From Diadema antillarum (Eukaryota), in contig NW_027271026.1 of the NCBI RefSeq assembly GCF_040938485.1, forward strand, positions 2,046,001-2,110,000: 64,000 bases of DNA, read 5' to 3'. The translations under genes and the position numbers were made by a program. Below, in pieces: positions 37,201-49,298 of this stretch. Each line of letters opens with the position of its first letter. Within the stretch, counting starts at the first letter, position 1. Below the pieces are notes generated by a model that worked only from the letters and a program-made list of their open reading frames with translations, was not told where the DNA came from and ran no database searches.

Positions 37201-40200
37201 CTACTTTACACTCCGGATGAATAAGCTGTAGTGATGCTTGCTGCTGCCAACATGATTCGTGTACACAACGTTGCAGGCTACTCTGCTTCACAATCATTCA
37301 AGAACCAATATGTTATATCACAATAAAAAAATGTACCATGGATAGATTGTCCAAAAGCATTGTTTCTGATGATTATATACTTAGTAAGTTGGTTAACTAC
37401 ATATCCATGTATGTGGACAGATATTTCCATATCTGTACGTTGCTTCTGGTGAATGACACCTACTGTACAGCTCCATCTTTAAGTCAAGTTTGTCATCCTG
37501 TCATTGGTTTTTATCAAGTAGACTTTGTAATCTTACGTAAATTCACATGTCTTGGAGATCAGCTGCCAGCATGTAGGGTTGTTGTGCTTTTTTTAAAGCC
37601 TTTTCATTTCTCATTAAATCAGATGTTAATTTTATCTTCCACATCCAATTAATGTAGCTGCACGAAAGCAAAAAGTTGTCCATCGAACTACTCACGGAAG
37701 CAAAGGTGCCAATGTTGTTTCAGTATATTTTCTGTTTAATGATGCATTCATGTGCACTTGTTACTCCGTACCTTATCATCCTGCATGGTGTGTGGAAAAA
37801 CTAAAACATCAAAATCTTTATGTTGCCATCTGTTGCATTCTTCCCAATAGTAATTAGTGGTTCTTCAAATCAAGTTTGAATAAGTGTATATGTGTAGTCT
37901 TTATTTGAGTGTACTGCTTTTCTTCCTGCTATAATAAAGCTGTATAATTAAAGTAAAATATCTTCCTTTTTGTCTTTTTTGCAGAGAATATTGAGGCAAG
38001 AATATTGCAATTATAGTAGACAGTCTTATTGAATATAAAGATTTATTTTTTTGTGATCAAAAACAAGAAAATAAAAGCCATTTTTTATTATATTCTTTGT
38101 ATTTACTGATCACGTCTTTGAAGTTTCTTTCATCTTCTCACAGGCAGAAGTCTGTTGAAAACTTATAAATAATGAATTCTCTGAATTTATAGATTTACAT
38201 GTATGTATCATTATTTTGAAAACATATGACAATTCTGCTTCTTATCTTTAAACAACCTGGAAATGATCTCTGGGTTCCAATGAATCCCCGTAATTTAGGC
38301 TTAACTGATATAACATGTTCATATGTAATATACCTACACTGTATTTATGGAATTATTTTGTTTATGTTTTTACGGTGGCAGACACTAACATGAAGCAACT
38401 GCAATTCCACATTATCAACACTCTCTATATACATGCAATATCATACAGTGTAGCTTAGTAGTTTAGGGAAAAGGGATTACTACAACTTGTTGGATGTGTA
38501 CAAGTCATGCATGTGCCTTTTAAAACAAAATAGTTTTTGTTTTTGTTTTTTAGGCTTTCTAACAGTATGCAATACATGTACATGTAGGATACAGTTGATG
38601 TAAGTAGTGTAGACTTTGCAGAATGAACCAATCCTGTACAATTGCTGTGTTTGTATGAATACTTTAGATGTCAGATGAGGAAGAAAGGTTTTGGCATGAG
38701 AAATCACCTGTACAGATAAAGAAGTCACAGACACTGCCCTTCCCAATCCTCAGTGACTTTGCTAGTCAAAACTTAGAATGCACTTATGTCAACTGGCAGG
38801 AGTTGTGCTTACATTCGGGAAATGTTCAGTGATACCTAACCGTACAGCTACAATGCAATTCTTTGATCTTTACTATAGATGCACATGTTGCATCTCAATA
38901 TTCAAATCATATTAATGGTGATGTAGTGTGTATTATTTATAATACATTTGTACATATAAAACTAATTTTCTGTCAACCTCTTGAGTACTATGTTGCATAG
39001 TATACAAATAGTGAATGGTCACAAGTGCAATGGTACGAGATTTCGCACAAGGTGAAAGATAGAGGCGCTCTATTCAACGAGGCGAAGCCGAGTTGAATAG
39101 TGCGCCTCATCTTTCGCCGAGTGCGAAATCTCGTTCCATTGCACGAGTAAAGACCATACACTATTTGATTTATACAACGTCCAAGTAGATCTTTTTGGAC
39201 TAAGTAGGCCTAGAAGTCTATATATGTATGAAAAATATAGCCGTACTTATTGTACATGTGGATCCACTGCGATTCTCTTTCTGGCTTGTGCAATCAGTGT
39301 AGATACACGTCACAGCTATACTAGCGCTCATACACGTACAGTAGTACTACGTAGGCCTACGTACGCGCAGCATGCATGTACAGCACACGTACACTGCGCT
39401 AGCTGCATGCGATCCTCAATATGCAACACACAGCACTGTACACGCAGTATCGTACAATTTCTCGAATCGTGGAATAGAACGAAAAAATTGAACCAAGTTG
39501 CACGCAAAAATAGAACCAAAATTGCACGGCGCGTTGAATGGAGTACTTATTGAATATCACGTCACCAACAATCCTCCAATCAAATTACAAGGATCTACTT
39601 GGACGTTGTATAATACATGTACATGTATGTTGATGAGTGATATGCATTCCTACTAGTTCAATGTGGTGGTGGTGGTGGTGGTAGGACAGACTTTCTATAC
39701 CCCCAAATCCTGGCAGTGCTATGCTTACACTCTTAATGCCATCTATGAAAAATGAATTGTGTAGTTCCAAATTTCATACAGTGCACTCCTGTTGTAAAAA
39801 AACCCAAGGAAATAGAAAAATCCCCCTTACTAAGAATAGAAATTCAGGGCGCAACATTATTGGCTCATTGTTTCTTAATGTCTACTTGTTTGGTTATAAC
39901 GACATTTTGATATAACAAAAGCAAGGTGCCAGTCCCAAGAACTTCGTTATAACAGGAGTCCACTGCAAAACTTGCATGCAGATTCTCAAGATTCTGAATC
40001 ATGTACCAGTTAGGTATTTTCCTATTGACCGATTCGGGTTCGTTGAGGGCAACAGACATTTCATGGCACTGGGCGCAGCCATAGTGGGTGTCTTAGCTGA
40101 CCCCCCCTGCTCTCCCCCACCCCGGGCAACATGTTTATCACGCACTTGTAACAAAGGTTCGCGCACTCAGTACGAGACGCCCATTGGCTAAAGCAGTTTT

Positions 40201-40739
40201 TCATTCTGCTCGCGTGCTAATGTAGGGAGAGGGGTGGGGAGTGGGAAGGGGGGGTCGGCTGAGACACCGAGTAATGGCGCTGCCCATGCCAAATATACAC
40301 ATAGCGCGTCACAGAATCGGTCAATACTCTATTAAAATCACAGTGTTTTCACACTGCCACTTAGTTATGAATGCTGTCTTTACCATCAGTACTAATTTTG
40401 TCATACAGAGGAACCTCGTAATGTGGAACAAAAAACCATGGCAATTACAATGAAGCTTGTTATATCAGGTTTTTCACTTTTATTAGGCTACAAAAACAAG
40501 GAAATATAGAAAAGTTTGGACTTGTAGATTCAATTTGTTGAGGGTTTTGTTTTATCTGAACTATAAAAAAGGTTCCACTGTGAGATCTAAGTGCTATATT
40601 AGAGATGAGATGATCTTAGGAGCATTGTTTTTGATTGGGTGTCTCTCATTTTACTTTTCACTTTGCAGGTGGAAGGAGTTGCAGGACTGTAACGCAGAGA
40701 GTGGGGAACACAATCACCACATACACCGACTGCTCATGA
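34207..40739 (+). CDS. DNAJB9: DnaJ homolog subfamily B member 9 (ERdj4); join(34207..34432,35992..36395,36983..37016,40669..40739), 244 aa
   Basis: Signal peptide, then a J-domain (DYYKVLGV...[12 protein letters not shown]...AYEVLSD), a G/F-rich region, and a C-terminus [19 protein letters not shown] matching vertebrate DNAJB9 (CRTVTQRRGNMVTTYTDCS). GT-AG junctions with consistent phases (1,0,1); 735 nt in frame. Confidence 0.93.
36674..36886. mobile_element. TA-flanked MITE (CTGTAAA termini) in DNAJB9 intron 2
   Basis: TA-CTGTAAAGC ... GATTTTACAG-TA, with internal motifs like those at 16735 and 17090. Confidence 0.6.
39008..39164. repeat. Foldback palindromic element with a GCGAAGC apex
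   Basis: Arms TGCAATGG(T/A)ACGAGATTTCGCAC...GAGGCGC(T/A)CTATTCAAC are near-perfect inverted copies around GAGGCGAAGCCGA. Confidence 0.75.
39170..39613. mobile_element. Element bounded by a perfect 22-bp inverted repeat
   Basis: TTATACAACGTCCAAGTAGATC (39170-39191) and its reverse complement (39592-39613). No clear TSD. Confidence 0.55.
39779..39965. mobile_element. Tc1/pogo(Tigger)-type MITE
   Basis: TA-CAGTGCACTCCTGTTGTAA ... TTATAACAGGAGTCCACTG; same family as 45565-45848. Confidence 0.65.
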
Positions 40740-42217
40740 GAACTTCGTGTGGAACAGACTGATACTCTTATGAGGCAGGACCCTTCAAAAGACAGACACA
40801 ATTACATGTGTTATTGATGCCAATCATTTTTTTTTTTTGGAGGAATAAATTTTCTGCAAATTCAATTACTCTTGTTCTTTGGTGCGTAATCACGCCAGCC
40901 GACACAGCTTTAAATGTAGGAGGATCTACTCATTTCCTCCTTTTTCTGACAGGGTCACTGCTGTCATGATGTAATGAGAATGTGAACAGACATTGCGGAT
41001 TAGCTCACAGACATTGAATTCTGAAATTTCAGGGCTCCTAATTGTTTCATAGTAAAAGTTGCAGCGATCCTTGGAGCCAGCGATTCACGGCGCACACTGG
41101 TTGTGTTCGTTTCAATTCTGGAACGCCTTCTTGCGGAAGATGTGTGAACACACTATGATACAGACATTGTATGCCATAATTATGAACTGCCAGATGTAGA
41201 TATCGCAGCCCACAATGATTGACTTGGGAAATGGAGTGTCAGTCTTGGCAATGCAGCTGCGTTTGAAGGATGGTGCCTGTCTTCACATTGAATTTGTCCC
41301 GTGACTTCCAGCAACTGCCCAAGATGTGAGAGAAGCTTCACCAGTGCCACAAAATTCACAAGGATTCATTCTTTAACATCGCTTCAGCTACAAAATATAT
41401 AATGTTTGTGTGATTGCCACCAGCATCAGACATAACAAAATGAAATGAAATGAAATGATTTTTAAAAAGTGCCACGAAAAGGGTCTCTGCTATCTCTTTG
41501 AGATGCGTCCAGGCAACCAGTTTCTTGAATGTAATCAATTTTATGGATAAATAAACTTGTGCTTGCTTTTCAAAAGTATGAAGACTCCAACCCCCCCCCC
41601 CCAAAAAAAAAAATAGTACTTTGGTGATTATAATTGAAAACTATAATCTAAGAATGAAAATGGATTTTGGTGAATGACAATCAAATAGGATAGATTTTGT
41701 TGCCTTACCACCATGGGGTCTCTTTTGTCAGACTTATGAAGACACTAGAATCTCATTGCGTAGTACAATATCTGGAAGAAATTTTCAACGCCATTGAAAT
41801 TACATGACAATACAATGCCATCTATGATGCTGATAACGTGCAGTTTAATTAGTCTATGTTAATTGAATTGTGGTCTTATGAAAGAAAGAGTTTTGATGTT
41901 GATTTTTTTTTAATGAATTCCATAAATTTCTATAGCAGAATTTGTTCCTCTTTCGGGTAATGTACAGTCATCTTGCTGTTCCTCATTGTGAGTTAGCCTC
42001 TCTTGAGTTGTGCAAACGGCTAGGTTGACACACCAATATTCCAGATTGCCTCTGAGAGGGAGAGTTTCCTCTAAATTTAATATAAATATGGATACAGTGA
42101 TTACAGAAAGATTAATGAAACATTTGTGAGAGTTTTGAGCAAAATTGGACAATGCATTCAAAAGTTTTGAAGTTAGAAAGTTATGGTTGATCCCATGTGC
42201 AGATGGTAACTCTAGGA

Positions 42218-42304
42218 CAGTTCGTCGGGTGCCCGTGCATAGGCCGCTAACGCAATACAAATTGTATTGCGTTAGCGGCCAATGCACGGGCACCCGACGA
42301 GTTG
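42218..42304. repeat. Near-perfect GC-rich palindrome (38-bp arms, 1-nt spacer)
   Basis: 42223-42260 and 42262-42299 are reverse complements with one mismatch. Confidence 0.9.
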
Positions 42305-43358
42305 GGGATGTCATAGCTGTAGAACAAAAAGAAGGAAATATAAAGGGATTAAACAAATCATTTGTCCAGGATATTAACAGATCACTTGACCAAGGTCCCT
42401 TAGTGCAGTGCCTCTTAACTGATGGGCCACCAAGCTCTCTCAGGCAGGCTGGATGTTTGCCAAAAATGAAATAGAAAAGATTTGTATTCGATCTGACTGG
42501 GCCTTGAAAAATATTGCAGGAGCCAAAGTGGGCCTTGGGTTTCAGGCTGAGAAGAATGACCCTGCAGCACTTGGAGAATAATATTCACCCATAACATATC
42601 TTGATAACGGGTCTATAGTAAATGTGTACGCTTCAGAAAAGATTTATGAAATTCCTTTTACTCATCACAAATTGTTGTAGAGTTCCTTAACATATACAGT
42701 GTACATTATATTGCACAATGTGGGATCAAGCAAAACTTTATAAAGTTCAGAACAATTGAATTGATTGTCCAAATTTCCTCGAAGATCAGTGTTACACTGA
42801 TCTTCTGGCATTTACTGCATCCCCATAACAAGTCTGTGCAGGAAATTTACACTTTCATCAATATTTGGAGTACATGAGGTGTGTGGACCATGTTCATGAG
42901 TTAGATTCTGTGTTCAGATCTAATGGATGTAGTGTCTAAAAAGCTTTATTTTGTGTGTTTGAATGTCATGCAATTTACGAAAGATTTCTGGTTTTGCAAA
43001 CAAATATCTAATTGACTTGGGAAGGAAATGATATAAAGGTACACTCTGAAAATATAGAGTCCTGGCCCTCTTTCTGCTCCTCAGGTTTGAAAGACTTTTC
43101 TGTTTAGTAGTGACAAGGTTTTCATAAGTGATGATCCTGTTCACTTTTGAAATCTGACTGATATCAAGACAGTTTTTAGAACTGTGGTACAAGTAGTACA
43201 ATGCAACAGCACAATGAGTACAATTATTGAGATTCATTCTTTAGAATAAACCGTATTTGATTCCATTTCATCAGTCTGTTTTCTGCACAAGTTGCAGAGG
43301 AAAACATATATGTTAGATTCCAAATAGCACAACATGCTATCCAGAGCCTTAACAGGAA

Positions 43359-44793
43359 AGGGAAGCAGTCCTGAGATTTTCACTGTACTGATAATTAAGA
43401 AGAGTAAAAAATATAAACTTTCACCAATTTATACGCTTGGACATCAAAAATTGTCTCCGTACGCGATTTTTGAAAAATAATTCCTGCAAGCGATCGTGAA
43501 AGAGCCGGCAAAAAGATGCTACGTAGTGCATGCCCTACTCACCAAGTTGACAGCCGTGCCTCTAAAAACCAATTTAAGTGTTCAAATGATTAGTTGCAAT
43601 TTTTATCATATAATGTGAAAGTTCGTGGTTTTATAATTTCAAACAAAATATTTCAAGCTTAGATATGTGTAATTTACGAAAAATTAATATTGTAAACATA
43701 AATTTATATGTATTTTTAAACCAAATATACCATGAACTTGACATCAAATAGGCACGGTCGTTTTCTAGCTTCCGTCCGTGTTGCATACTTCTTAGCGTAG
43801 AAACCACTCTCGCGCGCAAATCCTTACCATACCAATGTATACATACACAGTACACTCGACTCCGTCCAGTCGATTTTGGCATTCAAACCGAAGATAACCT
43901 GTGCATGAGAGAGTCGAATTCTTCAAAGAAAATATTGTTTGTATCTCAATATTTCTGTAAGTAGTCAGATAATCGCCTTTCCTCGAAAAAAAAAAATATG
44001 ACGTGAGCCGGGAAGGGTAAACACAGGGGGTCGTAGGGATATGATTTCGCTCCACTTTGCCGTGCATGTCCAGTCGGCACTGGCAGCAGCTAGCTCAGTG
44101 GCACTGTACTGCAGTCCAACCCCGGCTGCAGGCCCACGGTAAATTAAACATAGCTAGCCACTTTCCTTACCTCTCTACGCTTTTTTCCCTCGGTTCTCTT
44201 CGAAGTCGATGCTCGAGGTGTTTCTGTTTTATAACTCATGTGAGCAAATGGTCAGGATTGCATCTGGTTTCAGGAGTTTTCTCGGTTTATAACATAACCG
44301 AGGGCCACAGCCTGCCGGTCCACGTAAAAACATCGCTTCACAAATTGTCCACGCACAGGTAGGTCACAACACGATTTCGAGATTTTGTAGGCCCTAAGTT
44401 TCTTATGTTCGGCATCGTTGTACCGATATTTCCCAGCCATACAGCTCACCTTTCACGACACTTTTGTTGGTCTGGGACGGAAAAAAGGATTTTCCTGGGA
44501 AATTTTCTGCACGATTCGAGCAAATCTACTGATGTAAGATAGCCTGACCAGACGACGCTGAATGCGGTCGCCCCTGTAGTGTACTTGCAGGCCTGTGTAG
44601 AATCGTTTCTACCTACAAATATGTACACTCTGTACGTACTATAGAACATGCATGAGCGGCGACAGGTAGGGCTGCAGCTGCGCTTGAGACTGGAAAAGTG
44701 CGAAGGGCAAACCGCGTATGGGGTGCGTACGCGTATCTACCGTAGATCTATCATCTAGTTGTACCGTCCACACGTGCGAATATAATACACAAT

Positions 44794-44826
<33 letters not shown>

Positions 44827-45122
44827 ACGTAGAAACAATGTCAAATACGAGTCGGAGTACCCACCGACGTCTTCATGCATCCGGGTAAACTAGGGAGCGT
44901 ACGGATAACGAGCAGAACACGGCTGGGAAGAGTTGTGCATCGACGACGTATGACTCTCCGCCAAGACTTGCTCATTAGCATATTCACCATGCAGAGTCAC
45001 ACTTTTTCAACCAAAATGTACGAGCTTATTTGGTGATTTTAAAGTTTGTTTTTGGTGAAAGTAGTTCATTGGAGGTACCAACAACAACATATTTTTTTAA
45101 ATTTCGTGAGGACTGTGTCCCT
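43359..45122 (-). mobile_element. Kolobok-like deletion derivative, ~1.76 kb
   Basis: Right end GGACTGTGTCCCT-TTAA; decayed left end AGGGAAGCAGTCCT; encloses a relic THAP domain. Confidence 0.5.
44240..44575 (-). pseudogene. Degenerate THAP zinc-finger domain (transposase N-terminus relic)
   Basis: Minus-strand segments across stops and frameshifts read FSVVWSGY...LFSVPDQQKCRER*AVWLGNI...LCVDNL*SDVF / FYVDRQAVALGY / RKLLKPDAILTIC. These match the THAP C..C, FP, W, C..HF and AVPTIF-box positions. Confidence 0.65.
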
Positions 45123-45378
45123 TTAAGGATTGCAATAATTAACGGGCTATCTAAGCTGTGTGACGAGCAACGACCAGAAAAAAAAGTTATTTCATTCATT
45201 TTCTTTTAAAAGTCATTTTGAACCTTGTGCACATTATGTTTGCTCAACATCGTTATTTTTATATATGTGTCATGGTGCAATGGTTTTATTCAGTGTAGTG
45301 AGGTAAGTATCAATTAATGTCCAGTTGTTTATCAGCTTTCATTTGAAAGTGAAAAGTGACCAATCAAAAGACATAACA

Positions 45379-45562
45379 TAGTCAACTTCGCCTACGTTGA
45401 CCTCATGCTCACAGGTTACAAAATTGGCTAAGTCGAAGAAAGATTTTTAACCCCCAATGACTATGAACATATGAGACTTATATTCTGTATTAAAATCGAA
45501 ATTCATGAAAGTCAAAGGATTTTCTCTGGACCCTTTGCATTTGACATAGGCGAAGTTGACTG
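45379..45562. mobile_element. Tc1/pogo-type MITE
   Basis: TIR (T/C)AGTCAACTTCGCCTA(C/T)GT at both ends. Confidence 0.65.
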
Positions 45563-45564
45563 CA

Positions 45565-45848
45565 CAGTGGACTCCTGCTGTAACAAAGTCCTCAGGACTG
45601 GCATTTTTATTTTGTTGTAACTGGAATTTTCAGGGCTGCCAACATTGGAAACTAGTTGAGAGTGAGACTCCCATAGGCCAATGCTATAATTTAAGGAGTC
45701 AAAATGAGTGAGATCAATAGAAATGCATGCAAATGAAATGAAGTTTTAGAGTGAGAAAGGACCAAAATGAGTGAGTCTCACTCTCAGTGAGTGAGAGTTG
45801 GCAGCCCTGATTTGTTATGACCATGTTCGTTATAACAGGAGTGCACTG
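45565..45848. mobile_element. Tc1/pogo-type MITE interrupted by a hAT-like MITE
   Basis: CAGTGGACTCCTGCTGTAACA ... TTATAACAGGAGTGCACTG-TA. Confidence 0.65.
45631..45809. mobile_element. hAT-like MITE
   Basis: TIR CAGGGCTGCCAAC with GAGTGAG subterminal repeats; TSD not cleanly preserved. Confidence 0.65.
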
Positions 45849-47140
45849 TATTGTGTTTGAATTGTCGATGCCTTTCAGTAGTCTATGTAAGCTTTCTGCT
45901 CTTCCATCCTTAAATGTGGTTTCTCGTGTAATTTTTGTTTATTCCAGTCAGATTTTGGGTGAAATGTATATATTCAAGGTATGTCTTTTGTCATGCTCTA
46001 GACTATTAATGAAGAAGAAGAGGTATATTTATCTGTCATTTGTGAAATTAGAATGGAAAAAGAAATGTTTATATTTCTGAAAAGATTTTTAATAAATATT
46101 TAATTTCAGGAAATCTGTGTTGAATGACTCATACAGTGTGGAATTATTTTTCGTTTTCATTGTTGTAGCATTGTCAGTATTTTGCTATGAGTATTTTAAA
46201 GCACTTTAATCCACCTTTCCTTGGAAATGTTGATAGAGGACAATTGTTCACATTTTCTTTGATCATGTAGGAACCGTATCTGACATTGCATTTTATTGGT
46301 ACATGTACATTGATATATCCAAGATTTATCTGGCATGTACATGTATCAAGTGCACTAGTTTGTACTCCCGGGAACATACAACGTTAAGTGCAGGGTGCAC
46401 GACATGTACATGTTATGAATGTGTGAGTGCATGAATCTGCAGTGCATTTTAGGAACAAAATATTGTACACTGTCCAGTCAGTCTTGCCAAAGTCAAATCC
46501 CTTCAACTTTGGTGAATTTTGACTCACACAAATGATTTGAATTGAATTAACACATGTTTGTACCCATGTGGGTAAAATTTTTCTTTGATGTAGCCGATAT
46601 TACTGACTCATTTAGGTAAGGCCGATTCTGCTTACGTCTGTGTATACAGCTGCATATACCATATTTTTACGATTGTGTACGTGTATTGTGTGTGTGAGGA
46701 TTTTGAGGGTTGATATGTGTACTTGTGAGGGAGAAATTTATGATCGCAACGTCGCATGTTGCAATAGCGCCCTCATGTTCATAGGTAGCGCGCTAGATTT
46801 GTTGGAATTCGGGTTACATTGTACACGGTGATACACAGGGTCAGAGGTCTATTGAAGAAAAAAAGAATGCCATATTGTATTTTATAATCGGTGCTGCAAT
46901 ACAAGATGCATACTTCAACCATTAATACTTCTAAAGCTTCCCTGATAGATAAGACCATAACAAACCGGAAGAAGATGATTCCCAATACATTATTATGTAC
47001 AAACTCCAAAAGACGCGTATCCGAAAGTCTCTGAATGATTATAAGTGATATCAGATCCACCAATAACAAAATGCTCAGTCTACATTGTCACACTTGAATC
47101 ATCACAATATTGTATTTGGTATTATGTATACCTATCTTAA

Positions 47141-47511
47141 AGTGATGGTATAGTATTGGTGGAGATGAGGATTGGCCTTTTGACGTTTTTTTTTGTGAGA
47201 TATCAAGAAACATACAGAGCATATTCTCAGAGGAATTCAAAGTTTATTAGATGAAATTCGGTTTTGGAATGGCTGAGACGTCCAAAAACAAAGTAAAACA
47301 AAGTAATCCTAATAAAAGGTGGGTCCCACCTTTTATTAGGATTACTCTGTTTTTTGACATTCCAGCCACGTCAAAACCAATTTTCATCAAGTGAACGTTG
47401 AATCCCTCTGAAATTACAAGCGCTTTTATATCTTATAAGAGGTTTCTCGTTATCTCACCAAAAAATGTCAGAAACCTGAAGTTAGGTCCAAACCAAAACT
47501 ATACAATCCCT
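47141..47511. mobile_element. Kolobok-like TTAA-flanked foldback MITE, 371 bp (best-preserved copy)
   Basis: TTAA at 47137-47140 and 47512-47515; termini AG(T/G)GAT(G/T)GTATAGT(A/T)TTGGT; central palindrome GTAATCCTAATAAAAGGTGGGTCCCACCTTTTATTAGGATTAC. Confidence 0.8.
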
Positions 47512-49257
47512 TTAATATTTAGTCGAGCGTGAATTATTTTCCTCTTTTTGTGCCGAGGTTCCAACTTCCTAGAGCTCCACCCTTTTGCCAATATGTTTAT
47601 CAGTAGAATCTTGTAGGCATCTTAGTTTAGGCCTTGCCATCTCTCTGTTTCGTAATGTCATTCACACATTTTTTTTTCTCGCTGCTTAGCTGAGATTATC
47701 ATAAATCTTCATCTACCGATATTCATCACGAGTTGCCTGCATGGATGGGAACCCTCAACCTCGACACTGTTTTCCATCCCCGCAGCTCCCATCATCAAAT
47801 CGATCGTATAACCAATGCGACTGCGTTTTTAGTTGGGAGGAAGGCCCGCTGCGCTGCCCGTGTAAGTGATTCAATCGTCGCAATTAACCCCGGGCGAGAG
47901 GATAACCTCGTCTCCAGGCAGATGTTATCGTTCCTCTGCTCCTGGTAGGTCTTCGCCAAGAGCTGGATACCTAAGTAACTCCGTCGAGGAGGATAAGATG
48001 AGAACATCCTTCTCGACACCACCGATCTGGGACATCTGTTACGCGAGCGTTAGTCCAAAGAGCGTGTAGATAAACGCCTGCCTCGCTGACATGTAGGGTG
48101 AAAATTCTTTTTTCCTTACTCCATGTTTCTTTTTTGGTATAAACTACTTATGTATAGCTCTGCCTTGGATCCGTCATTTTGGAATAAAAATCGTTTGCGC
48201 CATGTATTGAACAGATATCAGCTTTATTTTTTTTTTCGCCGTGCTTGCCTCTTCGTTTTATTGTTTGGTTTTCGCTTTTGTTTTCGTTGTGTGTATGTAC
48301 TTTAAAAACCAAACAAACAAAAGGACATACCACTTCTAATTAGTGATTCCAACTTAAATCATCATCCAAGCGGTGATACATGTACTGTGATACGACGGAA
48401 ATTCAGATTCAAGAAAATGTGGATGAAATAGTTGCTGGTTCCACCGTGATTGGGGGGAAGAGCCAAGAGATGATAAAGGTCCACCTTATTGCGGAGGCAA
48501 GGAAACTGATTTGCGATGTGCTTAATATGCTACAATACGGAATGAATAGCTCTTCGCGATAGTTTGCCAACACGAAACGCTGATGTCGTTCTGCGCAGTG
48601 GAAAATATGACGTGTCTTTGGGATGCGCGAAAGATCGGAGGCGCTCTATTCGTGGTGTACCAACTCCTGTCGTGGATTATCAGAGCAGGTAAGGTTCTTA
48701 TTGATGTAGGCTACGTTTGTGAGTGGTGTCCTCTTGTAGATATTGAATTGACCAAAATACTGAATTCACAGGTCCGCATCATTTTCTGCACATCTTCATA
48801 CACCCATGGCATGTTTGCTGCATTAAAAAATGACGTATTTTCTAATTCCTGAATACCCTCAACGCAATCTGATAACATGTTGAGAGGGTATACATACATT
48901 TTCCCCCTTGATATTATTGATTTCATTCAATTATTCATGAATTAACCCATTCTGGGTGTAACTTGAACAAAAATAATACAAATACAATTCAAAACACAAA
49001 ACAAATTCATTTTTCAATTTATACTGCGCATAACCTCTCTTCAACATAAATAAGTCGGTTATGAATCAATCCCACTGATAATTTCTTTACGAGAAAATAT
49101 TGACATGCATACATACACACATACATACATACACCACAAACACACACACACATACATTGGGATGAATGTTAATGAATATTGTCGTAAGTAATATCCTGAA
49201 CAATCATGAGCAGGGCCTATACATTATATGAAATCATTTTTTAAACGTTTAGCCTGC

Positions 49258-49298
<41 letters not shown>

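Noticed and set aside
41040-41350. GC-elevated block with a membrane-protein-like minus-strand reading (VGCDIYIWQFIIMAYNVCIIVCSHIFRKK)
   Set aside because: An in-frame stop lies just upstream, the acceptor is weak and no other exons were found; more likely DNAJB9 3' UTR.
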